Origin: Takakia lepidozioides
Lineage: Eukaryota; Plantae; Bryophyta
Reading direction: 5' to 3'
NCBI GenBank assembly: GCA_030704615.1
Contig: CM060731.1
Span: 46,562,001 to 46,626,000 of the forward strand
Length of the DNA stretch: 64,000 nt
Shown here: one piece after another, positions 11,721 through 24,719 of the stretch
Position numbering within the stretch: position 1 is the stretch's first letter
How the letters are laid out: every line of letters starts with the position of its first letter
Made by a program: the position numbers and the translations under genes
The notes under the pieces: generated by a model
The model's input: the letters and a program-made list of their open reading frames with translations, nothing else
What the model was told of the DNA's origin: nothing
The model's database searches: none

Positions 11721-12259
11721 GGGAATGCTTCAGGGTTAATGGGGAATGCTTGAGATGCCCTGTGTGTCTTGAAACTCCTTGAGGACGTAGTCTAATTCAT
11801 CCTCACAGTCCGTCATAGGTAGAGCAAAGTTGCCTCTAAACCCTATAAACGAGACAACCGCAAGCCCAGAAGTTCCCAAAGAAGTCACCAAAGCCCACCC
11901 CTGAGGACCAAAAATGCACGAAATGGAATTAAAGAAAACAACAACATCGCCCATGATTCCCCACTGCGCACACTCCATTATGCAACCGATCGTACTCAAA
12001 TCGACAAGAAGGTGTTCCATAGATGCGTCACTTTCTTCTGAAAGCTAGCTATGGCGTGAGCTCGTGAGCTCTGAACTTTGCCTCCGCCTCGATGAGGAAC
12101 AAAACTCGGGTCCAAACTCCCGCCACGACCATTTCCATATGTCCTGGCAATTTGGTCCTATGTTGGTACCCTCACGTCCTGAGTTTTGAGTCTCATGCCC
12201 AGTTTTGGCCAAAATTAGGTTCTCATGCTAAGTTTGGGACCTTTTACAGATAACTTTAA

Positions 12260-12900
12260 TAGGAACTCAGTAGCTACCCCTTTTTCTCTTAGAAGGCTCA
12301 AAAGAAATTTGAGCTCTACATTTTCCTTTCCTAAAATTGCTCATGTGCCTCCAATTAACCTCAGACTCTTTACCCTCAGCCGGTGAATACCTAGCACTAA
12401 GAAAGCTCCGAGCTCGGTGAAAGGGAGACGTTCCGTGTGATTGAGATTCACATTGTCTTGAGCAGATGTAGCCTCTATTTCCCCCATGAATTGTAAAAGA
12501 CAAAGAGCAGTTGTTGTCGTTTTTCTTAAGAACATTTGCGAAGAGCTAAACATAACATACGCCAAGTCTTCCTAGCCTCAAGACAATAAGTCTGAGTGAA
12601 CCCTATCAAGGACTGTTTTCGCACAAGGTCCAATTCCCCCGAAAGTGGAGAAGCACCTAGCTTTCTAGATGTTCCAAAGAACATAAGCACGAAGGGTTGC
12701 CCATACAGGGCACCGATTCCAGAATTTAAATTCTAGAAGTACCAATCGATCAGAAGGTAACTCAAATCTCCAGTTGGGGTAGAAAACAATGACAATGCAC
12801 TAGAGTCTGTTGGCAAAAGAGCAAGAAATAAAAGAGTGCTCAATAGAATGAGACAAGAACTGATGTCAAACAAAGGGAGTTGCACATTGTTAATATAATT
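12260..12900 (-). mobile_element. Decayed L1-type LINE 3' fragment
   Basis: Minus frame PVWATLRAYVLWNI*KARCFSTF resembles the LWxIWKARN motif near the C-terminus of plant L1 ORF2. Confidence 0.45.
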
Positions 12901-13864
12901 GAATTCACAAGGTGGAATCTTATTAGCCAATTTCCGCATGAAGCCGCTAATTTTGGATGCCTGATCCTTCCTTTATACATCCTTCCAAATGCCAAGCCAA
13001 GATGAGGGGGCTTTAGGTAGATGTCTCCACTTCTTCCTTTCCATACATTCTTCCTTTTCATGTGCCTAATTTGAAAAAATTATATTATGAAGTTGCTTAA
13101 AACGAAGATTAGTTTGCCAGGTTTCCTGCCTAATGTATTAGTTTATTTTAAATAATTATTAGGCATAAAAATGCCTAATCCGCTGTAAGGATATTTCTTA
13201 ATAATAATAAAAAAAGAGGTTATGGTATGTCTCCAATAGTTTTGTGGCCCTGTAGGCATTCAAGTTATAACGGCATCTGAAATGTGTAGGGGGAATCTCT
13301 CAATATGGGATTAGTTCCTCATTTCATGCTAAGTCTTGCCATTGGAGAGTCTAACTAGGTGGAAATTCTTGGTCCCTCTTACAAAGGTGGTATGTACGGA
13401 TGTACAGAGAAACACAACCATCCGCCTCGAAACCGTAGCCTTACATCCATCCACCCACAAGCGTGCAGCGTGTGTAAATCATACTAAATGTATACTGTGC
13501 TTTTGAGATTGTTCTCCAGATGTTCGTGGAGCCATTGGGCTTCCAAAACGCGTGCACTGATTTCTCTCTTGTCGATGGTGCCAATCTCGTGGGGATGTCT
13601 CCAAAGTTGGAACTGACCCAATCTCGTAGATTGGATTGTAGCTCGTCCTTTCTCCACTATTCTTGTCAACTCCGTTCCATTCAAGCTTGAGAGGATCGAA
13701 TGACTCGGTCCAAGAAAGCTTCTGCATGCCCGTGGCTTTGTCAGATCCGAATGTCCGTATGTGGCCGCATCTTCAAAAGTAAACTCGAGGCTGTGGTGTA
13801 TAAATTTTCTAAGAGGATGTATAATCTCCCCCCGTGATCACTGGTCTTGGTCTTAGAGCTTAAT

Positions 13865-14372
13865 TTACAATGCTTTCGGAGATGGTGAGGATGCTTTAGC
13901 TGAAGTGGGACATTGGTAGCAGGCATCAAAGAATCCAAATGTGTGGATCTGCCTAATGAAGTTGGTGCAGCTTGCCCAGCCTCCCAACAGCAACGAAAAC
14001 ACCCACAAAGGTGCCGATGCAAAATATGGTGAACCAATTCCGGAGCATTCGGCCAACACAGAGACCTGCAAAGCAGTATCGCTGCGAGTATCTACTACAC
14101 AAATTTTCAAAAGCTTTCCTTGGAACGTTTTGCATGGGCAATGTAAGATCGATCAAAACCAACCGTGGCACATTGAATCCCCGATATGGAATCAGATAGA
14201 ATCCTGGGGTCGCAGGTGTTGAGAGAGTTACCTTTCGAGCTTCTTTAGAGCGATACACGTAGATGAAAGCGAAGCTTGGAATCATGTAGACAGAAAATGA
14301 GATGACGAAGGCGCCGAACATGGAGTTGATAGGTCCAAAGAAAGGCATCGCAAGCGCCAGAAATACATTACC
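13865..14372 (-). pseudogene. LAX: AUX1/LAX auxin influx carrier 3' fragment (pseudogene)
   Basis: FLALAMPFFGPINSMFGAFVISFSVYMIPSFAFIYVYRSKEARK, an intron, then GGWASCTNFIRQIHTFGFFDACYQC, matching the AUX1/LAX C-terminus. Frameshift in the last exon; no 5' exons seen. Confidence 0.85.
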
Positions 14373-14995
14373 AACACGACTGGTATTCGGACAGCCGACT
14401 TGAGCAGATAGTTGCTGGAGGTGTGTAGGCCGATTATCTTCTCTCATATATGGAGAGTTCTTAGGAGAGATCTAGTAGAGTTCCTATTTTCACACAAGAT
14501 GAGTGAAGCGAGGGCAGGGTCGAGGAATGTTCATTGCGTGATGAACATAGAGAAATTTTCAGGGGAAAACTTCTCTCCCTCTAGAAATTCCAGATGACTA
14601 TCTTACTAAGGGCCACAAGAAGCGCCAGTCGATTGCAAGTGGGGTAGAGAAGAGAGAACAACAGTAAACAAAGATGAAAGGGATGATCATGATACTCTTG
14701 CTAGCATGTACATCCAAAAGCTCCATGACATCGCACATAAGAGAAAAATGAATCCATGGTAAATTTTAGCTGGAGTAGTTTAGTCTAAGATTGCAGTCTT
14801 TGTGGAGGAAATTTCTTCATTCCAAAATAGTGTCTATCAATATTTGGTATCGGCACCCACTAGTAGCACAAGCACCGTAAGCTTTCCTCCTTTGACCACC
14901 AGCTGCTAAAAGAGATTGTACAGCAGGTATGTATCTAGCTGTATATTCACAAATCTAAACAGGAGTTGATGTAACTAATGTACAGGTGGTACTGG

Positions 14996-17900
14996 CTAAG
15001 CAGCCTCTAGATAGGAGCGTGCCAGCCAACACAAACCGGGATCACAATGTCTCAGTACTAGGCAGTCAGATCCGCCCCCTCCTGGTTCACATTCTCCTTC
15101 AGCAAACCCGACCACCCGCAGCACTTCCACCGCACCTGTTCCCCACAGCAAATCATTGAGTTGAGTTGATGACAATAACTCACAAAATACCTGGCTCATC
15201 CTGCTATCAACCATCAAAAGACTTGGCATTCAGTCCACTACCCAGTGTATGGACATTGCTACGGTCTTGCAGACCTCTCATTTCTATGTGACTTGCCTGC
15301 CTGAATATCTAGCACAATGTCAATACGGGCACCCTAAGTCAACAGTCAATATCCTATAACTGGATCGACATGAACATGACTGCTGTACCAATCCAGGTTG
15401 AGATTGCATAACCTGGTGTGAGACCCTACTGGCTCTGGGAGGGGCCGACATCCCAAAGGGAGTGGGCCATCAATGGTGCATTTGCGTTGTATGCAAGGGA
15501 GACAAACAGCCTCATAAACTGATATAGTCACCTTATAAGGAAATAATTCCCAAAGCCGAGCCACAAAAAACATTTGGCTCATTTGGCACAAAAACAGAAG
15601 ACACCACTAAAATACCTTCATAATTTGCAACCCGATGCTGAAAAGTAGGATTACCCTGCACAGTTTACCCAAAGAGATGATAGCCCACAATTTAATTAAT
15701 TCTGTCATATGTTCCCACACAAAGTGTCCTTGGCACACAACCTACGCATTTACCTCATAAGTCACAAAAGAAATTCTACCTCCAATCTGTGACTGCAAAA
15801 ATCAGACAACTTCAGCACTGGACTCGTGGCACAATCCTTTAACCATGCTGGACAACATTCGAGTGGAAGAAGTACCTTGCGAAGGCGGCGGAACTTGGCC
15901 TCATCCGGATGCTCCATTACATTTCTGTGGCAGACAGATGCATGTCATATACTCTCCATGTCACATGATTTGATAACTAAAATTCTGGCAGAATGCATGA
16001 TGAATGGATATGGCTCTAACTCATCGAGGAGTCGTTACTGCGTGATCCTGAATAAAGAAACTTGTCCAAAGGCGGTTGTACATAGTGAGTCTAGCTCAAA
16101 CTAGACAATGCCCATAGAATAGATGTTCATTAAGCCACCTTTAAATATAACCCATTGGAATCAAACATCTGCAAATGACGATGAACTCCAACAGGAGTTT
16201 CCAACTGACAACACCTATTGTAACCTTGGCCTCCAAACAGGACAATTGAAGGGAGGTCTTACTTCAAGATCGTGAACAAAGCCTGGACAGCTGCATCCAT
16301 CTCAGAAGGACTAGCCTGCTGCTTGAGAGTGGCTATTGCTGCTTGCAAGCGTGCGGTGGCAGCAGCTGCAGCATCCTGTATTCTCCTTAGCTCATCATCC
16401 ACAACATCCCAATCCAAACTTTCGTCTGGGGCCAGTTCCTGGCTCCTCTTCAAACTCTCATCCATACCAGGTTTCTGGCTCTCATTGACAAAGGAATAAA
16501 TGGGCTCCTGGCCGGTCTCATCAGGATCGGGTTCTTGTCTACTGCTCACACTGGCGATAGCATTGCCTAGATAAACTTCATCGCTCATGTAATCGCGGTC
16601 GGGTTCTTCTCTTCTGCCATTTGTACTGTGCGTAGAAACAACAGCAGTTCCATGTATACCGTTGCAACCTCCATGTTCCTTCTGGTTTGGTTCCTGATGG
16701 CGTTTCACACCGTCATCAACCTCGTCTGGATCGGGCTCATCTCGCATGTCAAGGTCAGCCTCTCCATTCCCAGTCAGATCACTTTTGATCACAGAAGTTG
16801 CTCGAGTACTGCACAGCTCTCCAAATGGTCTGTAATGTGAGTCCTTGCCAGAAGAGTTGTCTTCCATGTCCTTTTCTTCATTGCTGTTGATACTTCCTAG
16901 TGCATCATCAGGATCAGGCTCCGCTCTGACGTCCTGCACCCCCTGAGCAAGAAAATTTGAGTTTGTTACATCTAACAGTCTCTTTACAATGTCTACCAGT
17001 GCAAGGTTATTTAAGACCTCTGATGTTAGCGCCAAAGGGAAACCTATACAATAACACCAGCCTGCTTTCCAAAAGCCTTTAAAACTTACCACTAGGTTCC
17101 AATCAACCCATCATAGCTAGTGCCATCATCACAACACGTCTATGAGCTCTGCCAAATGTCCATATCTGTGGAAGTCTCAGGAGGACACGACTTGAAGTAT
17201 CTCAAAGTTAAGTTAAACATTGAAGAGATCGATGCCCGGTGTTCCAAGTTTTATGGACTACTCTGTACTTGATGACAGTGCATATTTTGTACCTGAGTAG
17301 TGGCTTCATCAGGGTCAGGTTCATTTGCAGTCTCTTCACCCTTAGCAACGACCACTACCATAGCTTCTGCTTGGCCACTCTCGTCAGGATCTGGCTCGCT
17401 GAATCCCTGCACACCCACGGATGATGGCAGCTTGGAGGGTTCAAAATCCATGTAGTCAACCACAAGTGTAGCTTCGGCTTGGCCCTTCTCATCAGGATCT
17501 GGTTCACTAAGTCGCTGTGCACCCAGGGGCAGTGGCAGCTTTGAGGGTTCAACACCCCTGTAATCTGGTAAGACAGAGGAAAGCTTTTCTGTACCACGGA
17601 TGAGTCCCAACCTCCCCATAGAAGTGCTTGCTTTTGCTTGCTCATCAGATTCGTCATCAGTATCTGGATCAGGTTCCCTCTGACTTGTCCCCACCCTACA
17701 CATAGGCCAGGACATTAATTTGAGTCTTGTCCCAATCGCTGTACATATGCGTCTAGCTTTCTCCAAGCATGCAATCTTGAGTGAGCTGAAGTCAAGAACA
17801 AAAGACAGAATATTGAGACTGAGGCTAAATCATCGGACTTGACACTCCACGCAATAATCTGTGACTGATTGAGAGCTGTGTGCTTTGCCATCTCAGGACC

Positions 17901-20900
17901 AAATGATTCCTGGATGTAGCATTAAGCGAACATGGACCATTCAGTAAGGCTTGTGAAAACCACTCTGTAATGCTTGTAATGTCCATTGACTAATCAAATT
18001 GACTCTCACCCAAAAGCAAGCCAGAAGCTGGTACAATTCTCCAAGCAATTTCCAAGCACATGATTATTTAAGTACACTGCACACAAAGCCCTGTCTAGTA
18101 CAGAGAACAAATGCAGATCAAACCACTGCTTTCAAATTGCAACATACCCCAGCTTTGTGGTTAGCAAACTACATCTTGGTTACAAGTCCCAGACCTGAGA
18201 ATTGCTGCTTCTGCAGCTGCAGCCCGAGCATCTCTGGGTGCCAAAACCCCGCCCAGTTTATGCCCATGTGTTACACCACCAACATCCATGGACATATTGT
18301 CCTCCTGCTCGTGCCAATTCCGAGCCCCACTCACAGTGTGTCCCTTTGACCTTGTCCAGTCAAGGGCCGTGGCCTCCTCGTTCAACTGTCATATACAAAA
18401 CGAGAGCGCAGGTAGTGAGGAAAGTTTCCTATCTTAAAATATATCTGTAGAAATCTGCTCAAGGCACGCTGAGATCCCAAGGTTGTGTTAGATTTATGCA
18501 CATGCAAGACTGCCATTATGAGCATGTAGACCTGAAGCAGAGATTATCGTACTACCAGAAAGGCAGACACATCCTGAGAGGTGTACTTCAGCTAGCATAT
18601 TCACCATTGGCAGTACTAGTACTGTCACAGCATAGTTCCACTAACACTCACTCCAGAGAAAGAATGGAGTCAGTTTAGATCAACAAAGAAAGGTCAAAGC
18701 AAGTGTCTGGAGGCAGCAGATCATCTTCAGGTAGGCGAGGAGTTCAACTAACCTGCTTATCCAAAGCATGAAATTTCTCGTCGTGATCATCATGTACCAT
18801 ATGTGCCTGCACCAGCCAATCCCTTTTAGAACCCCACAACCAAACAATACACACTGCAAAGGAGAGGGCACTTGACACCCACTTTCAGAAGGTGAGAGAG
18901 ACACTTTCAATAGCAACTTCTTTTCAGACCTCATTTCCAAAATTGACAGCACATAACAATTAGCAATTGCCACAGGGCATGACAGGCAACAGCAGAGAAG
19001 GTCTTGTTTGTTCACAATCCAGGCACACGTCAATCAGGTGCAGTCCTAAAATATCAAACTAGATCGAACAACTAACAAGTATCAAGGCCCAGGAGAAATC
19101 AAATTACCAGCTCATGCAACAATGTCTTCTTAATACTCTCAAACTTGCGGAATCCCTCCAAATCATCAGTTCGCAGGCGTAGAGAGATCTCCTCACCGCG
19201 ATTCTGCAGTACAATGAGCTACGATTAAGAGGCAACAGTTCTCTACAACCTCTACACAAAAGTAGGCACAGATGTAGACTTAAGGAGAGAGACAAAAACT
19301 GAGGGGACGTGTCATATGAACCAGCAAAATTATACCTTGTTAAAACCCAGAAGGCACTTGGGGGAGACACCAACATAACCCACAGGTGCTAACTCCGTCA
19401 TCACACCAACTTGCCACCGATGCTACACAGGGCCACATCGTTGATTTTGGTGAGAAAAACTCAATCAGTATCAGCACATGCATAGAGATCCAATAATCTT
19501 TGTTCCAGCAGGTCCACAGATAATCATGGTACATAGCCTGAACCCCAATCTACCATAAAAACAGTTGCTAGAACAAGCGCTTGATCAGAAGTCGAATGTG
19601 GGTGTACCTTATTCATGATGGCAACAATGCCAGGGTCACTGGCAAGCTTGTGCATAATTTCCAGAGCACGTTGAGGTGGTGGATTGAGCTGCCATGCATA
19701 CAAAGCAAACATTCTGAAACATCTCAAGAATCCATCATACAGACAATTTCTCATTTTTGTCTACCATCCTTTACCTTGACCATCATCCATAATCTGTCCT
19801 GCATGTACCATCCTCTTGATAGAATCTTACGGCCCAATTACCTTTCGGCGCCTTCATCTCCTTCCTTCCTGAGGGCATTGGGGAGGTTAGGGTAGGCTCC
19901 CACAATCTACGGATAGATTGTACTCATAAGACGTTGTTTGCCGTAGCCTTGTGGCCATTGACCCCGCGCCCAGTTTGAGCGGGAACAAAAGGGACAGAAC
20001 CTACCTCTGTCAGGGGCTGACGTTGGTAGTAAGACTTACCTCCATATAAAGAATTAATCCGGGTTTTCCAGATATCCTCTAGAAATCCCTTCACACAAGC
20101 ATCAATCTGCTGTGTGTGATTTGCCCAAAAACTAGGCCTCAGGAGGGCCTGGGCTTTTGGCTCAGCCTCGAGACTTTCAAAGTTGGTAAACAGGGGTACA
20201 GGCACAATTCCCTTAATAGATTTGAAGAGAGCGTCTCTTTGGTGAGAGAACCCCGGACAGTGTATCAGAAAATGAATTCTGTCTTCAGATTGCCCACACA
20301 ACGGGCAATTGCACTCTCCCTTTCCTCTCTGCTTCTGTTTGCTGTTCAAAGGTAGGCTTCCTGCCCTGAGTTTAAATTTCAGTCTAGTGCCGAGAGTGGG
20401 TAGACCCTTGAGGTCATCCAAGATGTCCTCCCCCATGTCACAGACTGGAAACAAGTTCAGGGAAGTTTTCTGCCTAACTTCATTTTCATCAGACAATCTC
20501 ATGGCAACAGACATGGCTGAGGACACTACAGCCTCTAAGTCAGATTTATCCAGCAGGGTCAAGACTTGCGGATCCAAATCTACGGATAGAGACCGGCAGA
20601 TGGGAAAACCTGCAACAGGAGGACCGCCTATGCCCAGCGCAACCAGGAAACTGAAACTGAAGAACACTTCTTCTTTTATTGCCCTCTATATTACGAGATC
20701 TGTTGGAGATTCCACTGTCTATTCCGCGGAACTCAATCTCTCACTGAAGTCTTCTACTATGAGGATCAGAAATGCTTGGCAGCTTACCTGCATGAGGCCT
20801 TCACCCTTAGACAATCCCTTGAGCAGTAGTTGCTTTTTTTGGCTCTGGTTTTGTTTCCTCTCATGTTTTTTTCTCCAGTTTGTCCCATAAGCTCTTTGAG

Positions 20901-23784
20901 CTTTCCGTGGACATTATAAGGTACTATTTCACTTCATTTCATTTCTCTCAATGGTTGCTGACACCAACTGACTCATGACTGCCAGGAATTGAATAGAAAT
21001 GCATTGTTCCTGTTGGTGGGTATAGAGCCATTTTGGCATTTATTTGTGAAAAGTGGTACCTCAACACCAGGAAGGTGCAGTGCACGAAACTCAGAGAACA
21101 CATAAGAACCCAGTGGAAGCTGCCTGCCCTGCCCCCCTCCCAACGTGGCCCGCTGCTTAGCCCTTCGATCCTCCTCTTCAAATCCTAATATACGAGCCTC
21201 AGCTCTCTTGGCCACTGGTTGCGAGACCTCATTAACCTCCTCAGGAAGAGCCCCCATCAGCCTTATTACTTGTCCCTGTAGCACACCAACACTGAATGTT
21301 AACACCATCAGACATAACCTCTGACATAACCTCGCTCATGCAAGTCTTGAAGCAGAAACACAGCATTCTGCATCAGCATTCCAGTTGCAGGCATGGTGAG
21401 CGCCCACAGATGCCAGATGCTACCGCAAAAGTTCTTCCCGAAATCAAGTACGCCGCGTGGAATTTTCCCCTCATATGACTCATGTAGCAATCATGTCATA
21501 CTAAACACTGCAACCTGCACTGCATGCTGTGACAAGATCTGTCTTTTTGAGGAAGGAGGAGGAGGAAGTAAATAATCATTCACTCGCCCACCGACATTTG
21601 GTGAGCCCTCAGATGGTGGACCCATGGAGACAAAGTTGATATTTTCAAGTACAATCAAAGCTGGACAATTTGGATGAGGCCTTCTAGGTTTGAATTTGAA
21701 CCTCAATTCACCAAGACAGATGCATGACTAGGCCTCTACTGCTTTTAGTAGGTGGTATCACTATTGTAGTACAATTAGAGATTATATGAATATACATGCA
21801 TGACAATCATGCCCGATTGACACATGATTGCTACAGGTTTGATTTGTGTCTTAGTCGACCTGCATGTGGCTGCACATGCGAGAGAGAGAGAGAGATTGTA
21901 CTCATAAGACGTTGTTTGCCGTAGCCTTGTGGCCATTGACCCCGCGCCCAGTTTGAGCGGGAACAAAAGGGACAGAACCTACCTCTGTCAGGGGCTGACG
22001 TTGGTAGTAAGACTTACCTCCATATAAAGAATTAATCCGGGTTTTCCAGATATCCTCTAGAAATCCCTTCACACAAGCATCAATCTGCTGTGTGTGATTT
22101 GCCCAAAAACTAGGCCTCAGGAGGGCCTGGGCTTTTGGCTCAGCCTCGAGACTTTCAAAGTTGGTAAACAGGGGTACAGGCACAATACCCTTAATAGATT
22201 TGAGGTCTCTTTGGTGAGAGAACCCCGGATAGTGTATCAGAAAATGAATACTGTCTTCAGATTGCCCACACAACGGGCAATTGCACTCTCCCTTTCCTCT
22301 CTGCTTCTGTTTGCTGTTCAAAGGTAGGCTTCCTGCCCTGAGTTTAAATTTCAGTCTAGTACCGAGAGTGGGTAGACCCTTGAGGTCATCCAAGATTTCC
22401 TCCCCCATGTCACAGACTGGAAACAAGTTCAGGGAAGTTTTCTGCCTAACTTCATTTCATCAGACAATCTCATGGCAACAGACATGGCTGAGGACACTAC
22501 AGCCTCTAAGTCAGATTTATCCAGCAGGGTCAAGACTTGCGGATCCAGGTCCAGGTCCTTGAGGATCTCTTCTACTCTCTTCTGCCAGGACTTAGCCTGT
22601 TTGACAGGGCGGTCCTGTTTCCAAGTTATAGAGTCGATTAACTTAGGATATCTGGTGTTGGGCATATGTTGCAGCTGACCCCACCATCTGACCTTGAATT
22701 CATCTCGTCGGGAGCTTAAGGACGGAATGCCAAACTCACCCCGAACAGCCACATTGGCTGTTTTGGAGCATGCTGACATACACTCCTTCAGCACCCCCAC
22801 TTGAATGGATTCTAGAGACTTAGCCTGGTTGGCGTTATCAACCCATATAGCAGATCCGTACTCCAAGGCAGGTCTAATAACGCGACAAAGCATGGTTTTC
22901 TTAACCTCAGAGTTGACCCCTCTGCAGTGGAAAAATTTAGTGAGCCCCAGAGCTTTGCCCTTGCCAGTTTGAACAACTTTCCGGATATGTGCATCCCAAT
23001 TACAATTGGAGGAGAACTCAACGCCCAGGTAAGTGTAGGAAGGGAGGACCGGGATCTCTTGGCTACCCCACTGCCACTTAAGATCACTTCCTCCCTCTCC
23101 TCTGTCGTTGAATGCTACCACTGCACATTTGCTGACATTAGCCTCTAGCCCCCAAAGATCAAAGTATCTCTTCGCGCAATCAATCAACTCCTGGAGATTG
23201 GTTGGAGTCTCCCCTATGCCTGCGAAGTCATCCGCAAACATAAGGGCTGGTATGGTGGTATCACCCACCCTTAACCCAAATCCCTCACTTTCCACATCCT
23301 CGAGGATTGATTGATGAAAACATTGAAGAGCAGAGGGGAGAGAGTACATCCTTGAGCTACACCTTGGTCTATGTCAAAGAAGTTGGACTTCTGTCCGTTA
23401 ACAGTGACACAGCTTTTGGTGTGAGCATACAAGTTGTGGACAACTCTCCACATCTTTCCCTTGATCCCACAAGACCAGAGGCGGAACCATAGGCCATCTC
23501 TCCACACTGTGTCATAAGCCTTTTTGACATCCAGGAAAAAGACATAAGTGGGTTTCCCTTCTTTTTTCCTTCCCTGGATAATCTGGCTTAGAGTGAAGAT
23601 ATGATCCACACAGCCCCTGTTTCGCCAAAAGCCAGCTTGGCCTTCGTGGAAACAACCTCTAGACTCCAGATCAACCTCGAGACGAATACTTATAACTCTG
23701 CAGAATGTCTTGCCAACAGCATTGAGGAGCGTGATGCCACGGTAGTTCCCCGGTTCTTCTCTGTCACCCTTCTTGTATAGATTG

Positions 23785-23823
<39 letters not shown>

Positions 23824-24586
23824 CACTCATAAGGCGTTGCTTGCTGTAGTCTTGTGGCCCCCCCAGTTGGGGACGATCAAAAGGGACCAGAAACTACCTT
23901 GGGCTCACTTCGGTAGTGTGGCTTATCTTGGTACTAGTTCGGGCTTTCCAGATATCCTCTAGAAGGCCCTTCACACAAGCATCAATCTGCTGTGTGTGTG
24001 CAGCCAAAAAGCTAGATCCCAACAGGGACAGGGATTTGGGCTGAGCCTCAAGATTTTGAAGGTTGGTGAACAGAGGTGCCGGGACGATGTTCTTGATCGG
24101 AAGAGGGTCACTCTCTGGTGAGAACATCCCAGACGTGTATCAGAAAATGGAAATTGTGTTCAGGTTGCCCGCACATCGAGCAATTACAATCTCCTCTTCC
24201 TCTCTGCTTCCCACCCCGAGTGTGAATTTCAGTCTAGTTCCAAGGATAGGTAGGCCCTTGAGATCATCCTTAAGGTCCGCCCATGTCATAGAGAGAGAGA
24301 GGGGGAGAGAGGGAGAGAGAGAGAGAGAGAGAGCGCCCACCTCAGCAAGGCCCGATTTATCAAGAGGCAGAGAGGCGTGTTGGTCCGACATAGGCAGAAG
24401 CGCTGAAGCTGCAAGCCTTCTTCCATGAGGTAGCAACAACCGCATCGTGTGATACGCAACGCTCGTCAATTCCTGCAATTTCTTGCCAAAATCTCCCACT
24501 GTGGACGCTTTACTAATCGCCACAGGATAAGATTTCCCCCTGAACAACACGGTCAGGTGCATGTCTTCCTCCTCCATCTTCGCCAT
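14996..24586 (-). CDS. WSS1B: Ubiquitin-like + WLM (Wss1-like) zinc metalloprotease + PUB domain protein (plant WSS1B type), 12 exons
   Basis: Exons read by hand, all GT-AG: 24341-24586 (Ubl), 21060-21275, 19608-19688, 19336-19422, 19108-19203, 18753-18806, 18195-18385, 17293-17695, 16263-16942, 15876-15924, 15616-15655, 14996-15135. WLM motifs: LASDPGIVAIMNKHRWQVGVMTELAPVGYVG..CLLGFNKNRGEEISLRLRTDD..TLLHELAH (HExxH). C-terminal PUB: ILKNVMEHPDEAKFRRLRK..GAVEVLRVVGF. Confidence 0.9.
19918..20576 (-). mobile_element. 5'-truncated LINE (RTE-X-like family), copy 1, in intron 2 of the WLM gene
   Basis: C-terminal ORF with CPLC..EDRIHFLIHC zinc finger. Perfect 14-bp TSD AATCTACGGATAGA at 19904-19917 and 20577-20590. 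Confidence 0.92.
21896..23787 (-). mobile_element. 5'-truncated LINE with reverse transcriptase (RTE-X-like), copy 2, in intron 1 of the WLM gene
   Basis: RT motifs PGNYRGITLL, GQAGF, FLDVKKAYDTV, GVAQGCTLSPLLF, LMFADD and YTYLGVEF, then a C-terminal zinc finger. Frameshifts near 23310 and 22455. Flanked by (GA)n on both sides. Nearly identical to copy 1 over the shared part. Confidence 0.95.
23821..24289 (-). mobile_element. Older truncated copy 3 of the same LINE family
   Basis: DDLKGLPILGTRLKFTL and [20 protein letters not shown]. Bounded by (GA)n tracts at 23788-23820 and 24290-24333. Confidence 0.88.
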
Positions 24587-24719
24587 CGTCAAACCACCGG
24601 TCAAACCCCGGTATGAGGTTCTTCAGAGTCTAGCGATCCAATTAGCAGGAATTTTGGAGGCGAAGGCCACACACCTATATTCCTCCCTTCAGATATCGTG
24701 AACTTGAACCCGCTTGAGT

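Larger units (their letters stand above)
9580..12240. mobile_element. Second PIF/Harbinger-type transposon relic with two convergent ORFs
   Basis: Transposase on + and a second decayed ORF on -. Subterminal inverted motifs AAAACTGGGCACGA (about 9628) and TCATGCCCAGTTTT (about 12193). Exact ends are uncertain. Confidence 0.6.

Noticed and set aside
20309-20890. 193-aa plus-strand ORF and similar ORFs at 22281-22562 and 33202-33747
   Set aside because: Antisense shadows of LINE or BIG5 coding sequence.
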